64,000 bases of DNA from Octopus vulgaris (Eukaryota). Below are positions 1-12,482 of the stretch, one piece after another (the first letter of the stretch is position 1; each line of letters begins with the position of its first letter). The stretch is taken from the NCBI GenBank assembly GCA_951406725.2, contig OX597816.1, positions 1,426,001 through 1,490,000 on the forward strand, written 5' to 3'. Under the pieces are notes generated by a model. The model was not told the DNA's origin. It searched no databases and saw nothing but the letters and a program-made list of their open reading frames with translations. Position numbers and translations under genes: made by a program.

Positions 1-168
1 GAAACACCTAGCATCATAGCATCATAATTTTGAAATATCTGTAAAACCGTCAAAAGCTTGTTTATTTTTATGATTTTTGATTTATTATTAGTGTTGCTTA
101 ATATGTTTTGCTAGAATTGCTGTTTCTTTTCGGATATCATCAGAAAAAGGTAATTAAAATTCATTAAA

Positions 169-1024
169 ATGACAGATCTTTCGGACTTTCAAAGAGGCTG
201 AATTGTTGGTGCTCGTATGGCAGGCGCTAGCATAAGGAAAACAGCCGAAATGTTTGGTGTATCAAGAAGTACTATCTCGAAAGTAAAGTCAGCTTTTGAG
301 AAAGAGGGAAAAACCTCCTCGTCGAAACAAAACTCCGGAAGAAAACCAAAACTTTCAGATAGGGACCGTCGGACTCTTATGCGAATTGTAAGAAAGGATC
401 ACAAAAGTACAGGTCCCAGAATTACTGCAGAATTTAACGACCACCTCGAGAACCAAGTTTCCATAAAAACTGTTCGCTGGAAGCTGCACAAAGCCGGATT
501 TCATGGGAGAGCTGCAATCAGAAAGCCACTACTTTCAAAAACAAACGTTGCAATGCGTTTAGAGTGGAGTAAAAACCTACAGAATTGGTCCCTAGAGCAG
601 TGGAAGAATGTTATTTTCTCGGACGAGTCGTCCTTTACCTTATTTCTGACCACCGGCCAAATATATGTGTGGAGACAGCCAAAAGAAGCATTTGACCCAG
701 ACTGCCTTCTTCCAACTGTTAAACATGGAAGATCTGTGATGATCGGGAGTGGGGGCGCTATTTCTTGGAAATCCGCCGGCCCAATAGTTTCCTTTCAAGG
801 CAGAATTAATAGTCAAGACTATTTAAGCATTTTATCTGATCAAATTCATCCTATGGTTGCGGAACTGTTTCCGGAGGGAAACGCAATCTTTCAGGATGAT
901 AATGCACCAATTCACACAGCTAAAGTTGTTACTGAATGTCACGAGGAACATTCTAGTGAAGTTGAACATCTTATCTGGCCACCACAGTCCCCAGATCTTA
1001 ATATTATTGAACACTTATGGTGCT
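169..1024 (+). pseudogene. Tc1-family transposase, decayed and 3'-truncated (DD36E spacing)
   Basis: ATG at 169 (MTDLSDFQRG*) has an in-frame TGA at 199-201, then ORF 217-1050 continues with a paired-like HTH, GRKPKL, VIFSDES, FQDDNAPIH and WPPQSPDLNIIEHLW. Similarity ends abruptly after EHLWC (~1024). Confidence 0.92.
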
Positions 1025-1888
1025 ACCGAAACAGCTGTTGTGAATTTTGAACCTTACTTGTGTTTGTCTTTTATACATTCGCTACTCGTGGAACCGCTTT
1101 TGAGTAGGATATACGGTTTATAGTGAATTTGGTACGGTACCTATGTCTATATGCACGGACATACACACACATGAATCATAGCAGTTTGATTCAAATTCGT
1201 TGGTACTCTTGAGTTTTAAGCGTGATGCTAGTCGTCAGCCATTTTGAATTTGAATCAAACCGCTTTGATCCATACATGTATCTCCCAATAAATTCGTTTG
1301 TTCAATTACTCGTGTGTATATATATATATACACATACATACTACGAACAACTAACAGCTAAAAGTTGTTTTACCTTACTGTGAGCTCAGAACTAAGTACC
1401 CAGCCATCCCTGGCGTCCTACAAGTTGTAATGCTGTAATTCTAATGAATCCTAGAACTAATCTGTCTGTCTGTCTCTCTCTCTCTCTCGCCACACACAAA
1501 CACACACACTCGCACACACATACACATGCATATAATAGGCAGAAAGCATAGAGGCCTTCTGAAAGGAACCAACCAAAGACAGCAGACGTGACAAGGTAAC
1601 ACTGTATAGAAAGCTCTTTTATTCCTCGATTGTATCATCGACACAACAACAAAAGCTATAATTTGTGAAAGAATCGCCAATTTTTTATGAGCAACGAATC
1701 AATGAAATGTGCTATGTTTTGATAGAAAACAACACAAAAACAAACTCACGAAACTGGAAACATATTTTAATTGTACTTTTACACTGTAAAGATTGGGGGT
1801 TTATGTTAAATATTCCTTACTGCAGATGACAAACAAAAGTATCATGTATGTATGTATGCAGGTGTGTGCGCATACACACACACACATA

Positions 1889-1890
<2 letters not shown>

Positions 1891-1982
<92 letters not shown>

Positions 1983-2155
1983 TATATATATATATTATAT
2001 ATATATATATATTATATTATATATATATTATATATTATATATATATTATATTATATATATATATTATATTATATATATATATTATATATATATATATTAT
2101 ATTATATATATATTATATTATATATATTATATATATATATTATATATATATTATA
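1891..2155. repeat. (TA)n / (TATTA) microsatellite
   Basis: Direct reading of the sequence. Confidence 0.97.
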
Positions 2156-2313
2156 TAGAGGGCATTATTACACATAAATGCCACACGCTAGGAGGGACTA
2201 TTAAAGTCAAACTACTAAAATAAATAAACATGTGTTTATATATTTTAGAAGCTTTGACTTTAATAGTCCCTCCTAGCGTGTGGCATTTATGTGTAATAAT
2301 GCCCTCTATATAA
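2151..2313. repeat. Near-perfect ~160-bp palindrome (fold-back element)
   Basis: TATAGAGGGCATTATTACACATAAATGCCACACGCTAGGAGGGACTATTAAAGTCAAA is mirrored by TTTGACTTTAATAGTCCCTCCTAGCGTGTGGCATTTATGTGTAATAATGCCCTCTATA, with the centre at ~2232. Confidence 0.95.
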
Positions 2314-2514
2314 TATTAAAAAAATATGTATTTAAAGGAAAAAATTGATGGCTTTTTCCTCTTATGAGGTTTTTCACGCTAACTACTTGATAAATCCTTA
2401 TGAAGATTTTATCCTATTTTTAAATTGTATATATATATATATAGTCAGGTGGTGCTACTAAGTTAGACATGGCCTGGACCAATCTTTGGTCGAAACATAT
2501 CTAAGTTTTATCTA

Positions 2515-2559
<45 letters not shown>

Positions 2560-2560
<1 letters not shown>

Positions 2561-2895
2561 TTTGTAAGGGAAATAACTATAAAGCATTTTGAGAGAGTTA
2601 TAGCCAAAAAATAGCAAAAAATATATAAATTTTTTTGAGAGTAAAAAGGTGGATTGCGTCCCTAGACAGTTTGCGGTTTGTGTTTCTGATTCTCGACCCC
2701 ATGACGAATATCGATTTTTTCAGAACTGGGGGAACTTTTCAAAATTTTCGCTGCGTTAGTTTTGAATTATGACATTGGGCTATGTGTGTGTCAAGTTTCA
2801 TCAGAATCGGTTGAAAGCCGTGGTCAGGGTGAGGGTACAAGCAAACAGACACACAGAAACACGCACAGACAAACTGCCGTTTATATAGAGAGAGA
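2560..2895 (-). mobile_element. Non-autonomous Helitron, 5' part
   Basis: The minus strand begins A|TCTCTCTCTATATAAACGGCAGTTTGTCTGTGCGTG, a typical Helitron 5' end. The 3' CTAG end is not seen. Confidence 0.65.
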
Positions 2896-3121
2896 TATGC
2901 GCATCAATGTATATATGCACAGACTATAAAAAATATTTAGAAAACCTTATCGACAAGGATAAGCTTGTTTTCTTCTATCTCATCTATTTTTATAACATGC
3001 TATAAATTAAGCTATTTAAAATAGTAACATACGTTGCAGGTCTATTACATATATGTACATGCTTGTACAATACTCTCGGACGTTTGAATTTCACCACTAA
3101 GCTAGATAGAAAAAAAAGTGT

Positions 3122-3203
3122 TGGCAGCGGTGGGATTCGAACCCACGCCTCCGAAGAGACTGGTGCCTTAAACCAGCGCCTTAGACCGCTCGGCCACGCT
3201 ACC
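3122..3203 (-). tRNA. tRNA-Leu(AAG)
   Basis: GGTAGCGTGGCCGAGCGGTCTAAGGCGCTGGTTTAAGGCACCAGTCTCTTCGGAGGCGTGGGTTCGAATCCCACCGCTGCCA: full cloverleaf, long variable arm, anticodon AAG, A/B boxes. An oligo-T Pol III terminator follows (A-run ~3110-3117 on +). Confidence 0.97.
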
Positions 3204-3689
3204 GCACACATGTCAGGTTATAGAAATAATTCTAATGAAGGCGTTTTAATGATCAGTTTGTTATCTGCAAAAGAAACGATAAAAATGTATCAGTGTTAAC
3301 GATGGTATTTTCATTGGGTCTTTTTTAAAAAAATATTTTGTCTACAGCGGTGTACGTCGTCATATGACATCCTCATGGACTTTAGCGTACCGTCACTTTT
3401 AAACACCTGTTTCCAACACGGAATATTTTAGAACCCTTTGAGTTGGTGACTAGTCTGATAGAGGGACGCATGAATTATTTTAACGAAGATTTAAATAGCT
3501 TATTACTGAAGGATAACAATACCTTAAAACAGCAGAAGTCAGCAAACCCTATCCGATACAGATAATAACTTTTCTATTTGGTCTATTTTTATAACTTGCT
3601 AAAATTAAACTATTATATTAGACACATACTTGAAATGTCTATGTATATATGCACATATGTACATCTTCCCCTCTCTCTCTGGATGTAGT

Positions 3690-4052
3690 GCAGGCGCGGC
3701 TTCCAACCACATGGTCCCAGGTTCTTTTCCACAGCGTGATACTTTGAGTTAATGTCTTCTTTCTCCTATTGCCTCGGGCCGACGAAAGCCTTGTGATGGA
3801 AACTGAAAGAAGCCTGTTATTTGTGTGTGTGTGACTATGTGTCTGTATTTGTCCTCCATGAACGCTTGGCAACCGGTGTTGATGTATTTACGTCCTCGTA
3901 ACCTAGCAGTTCGGCACAAGATACCAATAAAATAAGTGCTAGTACTGAAAGAAAAAAAAAGGGACTGCGGCCGATTCGACTAAAGATTGTTGAAGGCGGT
4001 GCTCCAGCATGGCTGCAGTCTAATGACTGAAACCAGTGAAAGATAAAAGATA
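3690..4052 (+). mobile_element. tRNA-derived SINE, family B (CORE-like segment, internal microsatellite)
   Basis: Matches the recurring unit ...CAACCACATGGT..GGTTC...TCTTCT..TAT.GCC...GGAAACTGAAAGAAGCC...GGTGCTCCAGCATGGC.GCAGTC.AATGACTGAAAC, seen many times in the window. Confidence 0.8.
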
Positions 4053-4186
4053 TATCATTGTTTTAACGTCTACTATTTCTGTCCGCATGGTTCAGACGGA
4101 ATCTATTGAGGGAGTTTTTCTAGAGCTGGATGCCCACGCTGTTGCCAAACTGTAGTTTATGCCCTTACGCGCGCGCGCATGAAAAA

Positions 4187-4602
4187 AGGCGAGCTGGCAG
4201 AATGGTTAGCACGCCGGGCGAAATGCTTGGCGGTATTTCGTCTGCCGTTACGTTCTGAGTTCAAATTCCGCCGAGGTCGACTTCGCCTTCATCCTTTCGG
4301 GGTCGATTAAAGAAGTACCAGTTACGCACTGTGGTCGATGTAATCGACTTCATATGTTTGTCTGTCCTTGTTTGTCCCCTCTGTGTTTAGCCCCTTGTAG
4401 GTAGTAAAGAAATGGGTATTTCATCTGCCGCTACGTTCTGAGTTCAAATTCCGTTGAGGTTGACTTTGCCTTTCATCCTTTCGGGGTCGATTAAATAAGT
4501 ACCAGTTACGCACTGGGGTCGATCTAATCGACTCAACCTCTTTGTCTGTTCCTTGTTTGTCCCCTCTATGTTTAGCCCCTTGTGGGCAGTAAAGAAATAA
4601 GA
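4187..4602 (+). mobile_element. tRNA-derived SINE, family A, with a partial tandem duplication
   Basis: GGCGAGCTGGCAGAATGGTTAGC (A-box-like), GAGTTCAAATTCC (B-box-like), then GCCTTTCATCCTTTCGGGGTCGAT..AAGTACCAG. The segment ~4232-4412 repeats at ~4415-4600. Confidence 0.85.
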
Positions 4603-6119
4603 AAAGTTCTACTGAAAAAAAGAAAGAAAAAAAACTGAATACTCTTGTTAGAAATAAAGGATGGTTATAAGTTAGGTTCAGCGGTGACGATGGATTTGCT
4701 CACCTTGCTGACCCTATGAGCTGCATCTCTAGACTGGTTGCATCGTATTGTGAGATGTCATATGTTGCTGTAGACAGAAACATACGTAACAAAGGAATCC
4801 ATGTTCCCTCCTCTTGTTATTATTATTGCTGTGCTCTTTGCGTCACGTCACCGACGCCCACCCCTTCGAATAGGAACGACCCGTGTCAAAGTGACCGGTG
4901 GGAGTTTAATGGGATTAACATTACAGCCGAAACCGATGGGGTTGAATTGTCGCGCGTCGAGCGCATACATACGTACGGACATACGTACGTACATGCAGAC
5001 GCACACACACACACATACATACCTACATATATGCTTCGTCAACATTCCTTATAAGGCATTCCAGATGAATTCAACGCTTCGGAAGGAGACATAATTATCT
5101 GAACGCAAATCACGTTTTGCCAGGAGACAAAACAAGTCAGAAACCCAAAATCAAACAGATTTCACTGAGGCAGGTTTTCTACAGCTGGATGCTCTTCCTA
5201 TTGCCAACCTTCAATCCATAGCCAAGTAAGTTAACATTTTCTTAAGGCCAGACATGTTTTCGGGGTAGATTGGAAATTAATAGTATCGCTCACATGACAG
5301 TGACATAGATTTACAACCATTACTAATGCTTAGCCGAGAAGTTTAAGCAGAGGGTGTATCCTGGAGAGGGAAAATGGGTTGAGGACTAGGGACGAGAAAC
5401 TTGTATGTCAGGAAGAGATAAAGTGTAAGAGGCGAAATATGTGATCAAGATTAGGGAGAAGACATCAGATGATTAAGAAACGAAAGGGGAATTAGTCAGG
5501 CGATTTGGGCATGTGGAAACATAGACCGTAATGGCGATATGGAGAACGACGGTTTGGTGCAGATGGCTTGCAACAGAAGAAACGCTTTTGAAGGCAACCA
5601 AGGGTGAAATGGCGATGACAAAACACAACATGGTTCAATTCACTGGGAAAAGGTGAAGGAAATACCTTTTATGCATACATACACACATAATTATATATAT
5701 ATGTACATGCGTATGAGTGTATATAGATATAATATATATGTTTATATACACAAATATGAACACACACGCACACACACATATACATATCAACACCATAATG
5801 GATCAGATGGAATCCATTGAGGTTGATTTCCCACAGCCAGAAACCCTTCTGGCAACCAACCATCATCTGTTTTCAAGAAAGGTAATATAGCCACATATCG
5901 TTCATTGTTATATATCAGCCAGAAAGAAATATGGTATTTTGCCCTTGCTATATTTGTTCTGTACCAAGTCGCATATACTCCCTTGTTACCCTCACCATCC
6001 AAACATCAACTTGCCTGTGATTCGCCTACGAAAAATCTGTAAATCAACGGTTTTCATTAATTGTTTGACAATTGTGATAAACTAAAAAAGAAAGACGTGA
6101 TTAAACTTATTAGACAGCC

Positions 6120-6480
6120 GTGTAGTCAAGGAGCTTGCTTTGCAACCACGCGGTTTCGATCCCACAGCGCGGCATCGTCGGCAAGTGTACTTTACTACAG
6201 CCCTGGATCGACCAATACTTTGTGAGTGAATTTTGTAGACGGAAACTGTTTGGAATCCCGTTGTGTGTGTGTGTGCATATATATATATGTGTGTGTGTCT
6301 TTGTATTTGATTTGTGATGCTTTCTTTACGTCACCGTAACTTAGTGATTCAGCAAAAGAGACCGATATATTAAGCACCAGACAAAAAAATTACAGGGGCT
6401 CGATTTGTAACGACTGAATCTTTTAAGGTGGTGCTCTAGCTTGCTCACTGAAACCAGTGAGAGTTAAGAAGTAAAAGATA
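6120..6480 (+). mobile_element. SINE family B copy
   Basis: Same motif order as 3690-4052. Confidence 0.75.
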
Positions 6481-6559
6481 TTTGTTTAGATTAAGGATGT
6501 GATGTCGCAAACGTTCGATAATAAACTTGTTAAAAGAGAAAAAATGGTTATATTGTAAA

Positions 6560-6810
6560 AACTTCAAAGTTCGCCTCACCTACAAATGGGAACCCGCTGT
6601 GATAATAAAGCTAAAATTAGGTCAGGAGATCAAACGACTACACTGTTAAATGTCTGGACATTGTTTTGTTTTAAGAGATCTGAAACGATACTTAAAAATG
6701 GAAAGGTTTAAGTGTGGACGGATTGATGATCAGAAAAGACAAATCAACAGAAGACATTGTTGATTGAAGCAAAATCTAGAAGTTTCTACGATGATTTGCA
6801 GAAAGTTAAA
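6560..6810 (+). mobile_element. Possible pogo/Tigger transposase N-terminal remnant
   Basis: Frameshifted translation ME....IDDQKR...IEAKSRSFYDDLQK resembles the CENP-B-type HTH of Tigger elements (comparison from memory). Confidence 0.4.
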
Positions 6811-7085
6811 AGCTTTGTGATAAAACTGTTTTTTGTTTCTTAGGATTGGTTTGGAAAATTTAAGAGAGATATTTTACTTTGAAAATTAAATAATTGGTGA
6901 AGCTGGTGGTGGTGATGTAGAGCCTTTTTTGTCTTTCTTGTTGGTATTGAGTTGTAACAGTTTAAAAGAAACACTGTTAACCCTTTTGTTAGACTTCTAT
7001 TGAAATAACACTGTTCTTGTTTCACTTGATTGGGAAAATAAGGGACAATTTAATAAAAATAACTGGCATTATTAAGTTGCTGTTT

Positions 7086-7520
7086 AAGGCGGTGAGCTGG
7101 GAGAATGGTTAGCACGCTGGGAGAAATCTTAGAGGCATTTCGTCTGTCATTATGTTCTGCCGTCGAGGTTGACTTTATTTTTCATCCTTTCAGAGTCGAT
7201 AAATAAAGTACCAGTCGGGCACTGAGGTCGACTAGTCCCCTTCCCCCCAAATTTCAAGCCTTGTGCCTATAGTAGGAAGGATTATTAAGCTGTTTAAGGC
7301 GGCAAGCTGGCAGAATGGTTAGCATGCCGGAGAAAACGTTAAGCGGCATTTCGTCCGTCTTTACGTTCTGAGCTCAAATTCTGCCGAAATCGACTTCTTT
7401 GTCTTTCACCTTTCGGGGTTGATAACATAGGTACTGGTTGAGCTGGAGGGGGGGGGGCGATGTAAGAGACTTAATTCCTCCACCAACATTTCAAGCCTTG
7501 TGTTTATAGCCGAAAGGATT
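7086..7520 (+). mobile_element. Two tandem SINE family A copies
   Basis: AAGGCGG.GAGCTGG.AGAATGGTTAGCA starts at ~7086 and ~7296. Both copies end CAAGCCTTGTG...GAAGGATTA. Confidence 0.85.
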
Positions 7521-8642
7521 AGGTTTGCCACACGTCTGTGGTTTCCAGATGTCCTGGATTCAGGAATTAAATCTTTAAAGAATTCTTCAAAAAGCCAGAA
7601 TTTCAGTTTCCATCAATTAAAATGCTGCGAGCGTGTTGGCTTGCTTCTGTAGGTTCCGTTAAACCTTGTGGTGGGCGACCAGTTGCTGGGATTTAAGAAA
7701 AAAAAAAAACTACAAATGGTTTCAAACAGTTTTAACAGAAAGATTTGGAAGAATCAAATGAAAGTTCTCTGGTAATTTTCTTTGATGTAAATGTTTATTT
7801 TAATTTTAAAATTTGCCAGCAAAATCTTATAAAATCCCCAAGTTCTAAAAGATGCACATGATGATGTTAGATCACCACACGCTTTCAGTTTTAGTCTACT
7901 GCGTGGCATCCCTTGGGTAGCTTCTCTATGGGAGCCAGGACGACCAATGTTTCGTCAGTGAATTTGGTTGGCGAAAACTGTGTAGGGGCCCTTGTTTGCC
8001 CCCATCCAAACACATATTGAGTCGCTTACATCCCTGCAACCTAGCGGCTCGGCGAAAAAGACATTTGTTCCACTGAACCCTATAAGGTGGTGCCCCATTA
8101 TGACCGTAATCCAATGATTAAGACAAGTAAAAGACATATATGTATGTATGTATATATATGTGACTGACTGACCGACTACGGGCCTTTTGGGTCTGGCAGC
8201 AGTCGTGGTAACATCAACATTTTTTTTTCTCTGCCCCAAGGCACATTCCTAACACGCCAGCTGAGTTTAATTCGTCTAAGCCGAAAGACGCCTGTTGTGA
8301 TGTCCTGTTATTGTTGTTATTATTATTGTTTTTACGTATTATTTTTGTATTCATATTCGGGTAACATCGTCCGTTTTTCCATCCTTGTTTCGTATACATT
8401 CGATGCTTTTTTTCCCAAGGAATCAAATGCGCTTAGCTTAGTTTTTCCTTGGGGCTGGCCAGATTGGAGCAATCTCAAGATTAATCAGCCGAAATTGCGA
8501 GGATGATCCGGTTCTTGACTGAAGATTGAAGGCTTCGAATGTCCCGTCCGTGTTTTTTGTATCGTCTTCTAATTGTTTTGCGTTCTTGTCCCAGTTTGTA
8601 TTTATATATTAGGTTTGCCATACGTCTGTGGTTTGCAGATGT

Positions 8643-8910
8643 CAGGATTAAATAAAAAGACAACAAACGGAAAATATGACCTGCCTATAAATATAATTTT
8701 TATTTAAAAAAGTGTAGTATAGAAACAAACGAAGATATACGAAATACAGATATATATTTCCTTCCTTGATGAAGAATTGGTTACCTATGTTCTCTGTCCG
8801 CCTCTGTATTTCGTATATCTTCGTTTGTTTATATACTACACTTTTTTAAATAAAAATTATATATATAGGCAGGTCATATTTTCCGTTTGTTGTCTTTTTA
8901 TTTAATCCTG
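8643..8910. repeat. Inverted-repeat (fold-back) element, ~108-bp arms
   Basis: CAGGATTAAATAAAAAGACAACAAACGGAAAATATGACCTGCC...GAAATACAGA (8643-8750) is mirrored at 8803-8910. Confidence 0.93.
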
Positions 8911-8919
8911 AAAACAAAT

Positions 8920-9027
8920 TTTATATATATATATGTGTATATATATGTATATATATGTACATATATACATACATGTATATATATATATACATGTATATAT
9001 ATATACACATATATATATGTATACATG

Positions 9028-9059
<32 letters not shown>

Positions 9060-9239
9060 TATATACATGTATATATATATACACACATATATATATACAC
9101 ATATATATATATACACACACATATATATATACACACATTATATATATATACACATATATATATATACATACATATATATATATGTGTGTGTATATATATA
9201 TATACATGTATATATATATATGTGTATATATATACACAC

Positions 9240-9272
<33 letters not shown>

Positions 9273-9400
9273 CATATATACACATATATATATATACATA
9301 CATACATATATACACATATATATATATACATACATACACATATATATATATACATACATATATATATATGTGTGTGTATATATATATATATACATGTATA
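8920..9400. repeat. Compound (TA)/(CA)/(TG) microsatellite
   Basis: Direct reading; explains the YI-rich ORFs. Confidence 0.97.
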
Positions 9401-9728
9401 TAATATAATTCGAGACAAAACCACTATTTTGCAAAACAAACAAAGAAAGACTTAATCAATACATAAAAATTTTATTATAAATTAAAACAGATTAGGAGAT
9501 CGAAAATCCACCTGACGAATGTCATTGAAGACATGAAACGATTGTAGTGGCGGTTTATTTCTTTATATTAAAATTTTTATGTATTGATTAAGTCTTTCCT
9601 TGTTTGTTTTGCAAAATAGTGGTTTTGTCTCGAATTATATTATATAATATTTTACTATAAAATTGGATTTAATCCTAAATCTGATTTTTCCCTGTAAATT
9701 TGGATTTATTCCCTAATATTTATTATTA
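9399..9728. mobile_element. Inverted-repeat element with a hammerhead motif in its loop (Penelope pLTR/retrozyme-like)
   Basis: Arms 9399-9481 and 9562-9645. The tail at 9650-9728 is the reverse complement of 10852-10930. Confidence 0.75.
9508..9550 (+). ncRNA. Minimal type I hammerhead ribozyme
   Basis: CCAC-CUGACGA-AUGUC(auugaa)GACAU-GAAA-CGAUUG-UA-GUGG: stem I CCAC/GUGG, 5-bp stem II, short stem III, GUA cleavage triplet, all core nucleotides intact. Confidence 0.8.
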
Positions 9729-9826
9729 TATACATGTATATATATATGTGTATATATATACACACATATATATATATACATATATATATATACATATATA
9801 CACATATATATATATACATACATATA

Positions 9827-9866
<40 letters not shown>

Positions 9867-10004
9867 GGTCCCGGGTTGATTCGGGGTTAACCACAGTAAG
9901 TAAGGTACTCAATACATAGCAGAGTAAAATTAATTTATTATATAGAAGGAGCTTCTATAGTATATTCACTTCACACATGTATATATATATGTGTATATAT
10001 ATAC

Positions 10005-10064
<60 letters not shown>

Positions 10065-10093
10065 TAAAGTAATAAAGTTAATGTCTGCTCATC

Positions 10094-10155
10094 GAGTGAC
10101 CAATGGTTTCGCATCTACGGAAGCCGTTGGTTCGTGGACTAGAGTCATCAGACTC
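10094..10155 (-). ncRNA. Type I hammerhead-like motif with irregular stem II
   Basis: Minus strand: GAGU-CUGAUGA-...ACGG(cuu)CCGUAGAUGC-GAAA-CCAUUGG-UC-ACUC. Stem I GAGU/ACUC, GUC triplet. Confidence 0.65.
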
Positions 10156-10421
10156 TAGTCCGAAGACAAATTTAACTTTTCACTTCAAATACTGAAAAAC
10201 AGTATTTCTTTTTTTAGTTTTTTATATGATTAAAAAAGGAACGGTGAATGTAACAGAAGCGTATTCCACAACAGAATTTTCGGCGATGTGAGACCAATAT
10301 TAATAATTCACTACAAAACATTATCCACAAGGGGAACACTGAAATATAGAGAGACACACGTTGAGGACTTTCTCAAATGTTGAAGTACTTTATCGATAAA
10401 GATGTTTTCTTAATTTCGACG

Positions 10422-10477
<56 letters not shown>

Positions 10478-10851
10478 TTTTAGTACACTAGGAAGCCAAG
10501 TGAATGCCTATATACGATCACTCGAGCTGTTAGAAATAGCAGCCAAATCCCCCTCATTTCATATCTTACGATGTAAAGGAAGGGTCATAGTTAAGATTAG
10601 AACGCTTTTAATCATAAATTCTGCTTGACTGGGGTGGGGGGTTAAATAAGAAGAAGGCGTTATGTAACAACAGCCCCTTTTACTAATCTTCTGACCCCAC
10701 AATAAAATTGAAAACTTAGACCCGAGGTAACGGATACACTGTGTGCGCATGTATATATATAATATATATATATATATGTCTATATATATACATATATATA
10801 TATATACATATGTGTGTGTGTGTGTGTGTATATATATATGTATATATAATA

Positions 10852-11285
10852 ATATTATTAGGGAATAAATCCAAACTTACAGGGAAAAATTAGATTTAGG
10901 ATTAAATCCAATTTTATAGTATAAATATATTATATTATATTAAATTAGAGATAAAACCACGATTAGGCAAATCAAACAGTGAAACACATTTTGAAACTTA
11001 TTAATAATATTAAGGATTTTGTTTCTAGAATTAAATGGAAACGATAATCTTTTATTAAACTTTTAATACTTATATAATAATAATAAAAAAAATAATTAAT
11101 AAATAAAATAATATATAAATATAAAAATATACATACATATATATATATAAAATTTATAAGTTTTAATTATTTAAATAATTTTCTAAATTTTAACTTTTAT
11201 ATTTTTAAATTAATTTCATGTATTGGCTTATGTTTTTCACTGTTTGATTTGCCTAATAGTGGTTTTATCTCTAATTCAATATAAT
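10852..11285 (+). mobile_element. Second member of the 9.4-9.7 kb inverted-repeat family
   Basis: Shares the AGGGAATAAATCCAAA.TTACAGGGAAAAAT.AGATTTAGGATTAAATCC terminus. Arms ATTAGAGATAAAACCAC.ATTAGGCAAATCAAACAGTGAAA (~10935-10990) are mirrored at ~11229-11285. Confidence 0.8.
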
Positions 11286-12180
<895 letters not shown>

Positions 12181-12269
12181 ACATACGCCACAGAAACCGG
12201 GAACCCGAACCCATGAGCCTGGCTAGGCTTGAAAAGGGCGCAGAAATAAATAAATATAATATATATATA

Positions 12270-12451
12270 TCGTGCCGGTGGCACGTAAAAGCACCAACTA
12301 TACTCTCGGAGTGGTTGGCATTAGGAAGGGCATCCAGCTGTAGAAACACTGCCAGATCAGACTGGAGCCTGGTGCAGCCATCTGGTTCACCAGACCTCAG
12401 TCAAATCGTCCAACCCATGCTAGCATGGAAAGCAGTCGTTAAACGATGATG

Positions 12452-12452
<1 letters not shown>
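12270..12452 (+). mobile_element. SINE family C 3' part with (GAT)n tail
   Basis: GGTGGCACGTAAAAGCACC...GGTTGGCATTAGGAAGGGCATCCAGCTGTAGAAAC...CAACCCATGCTAGCATGGAAA...CGTTAAACGATGATGAT. Many copies occur in the window. Confidence 0.82.

Positions 12453-12482
<30 letters not shown>

Noticed and set aside
7520-7913. hAT-like MITE (TAGGTTTGCCAC...GTGGCATCCCT; left end repeated at 8610)
   Set aside because: The terminal match is short and imperfect, and no 8-bp TSD is evident.
8762-8802. Hammerhead in the loop of the 8.6-8.9 kb hairpin (CCTTGATGAAG)
   Set aside because: Only a partial core-like block, with no stem II or GAAA.
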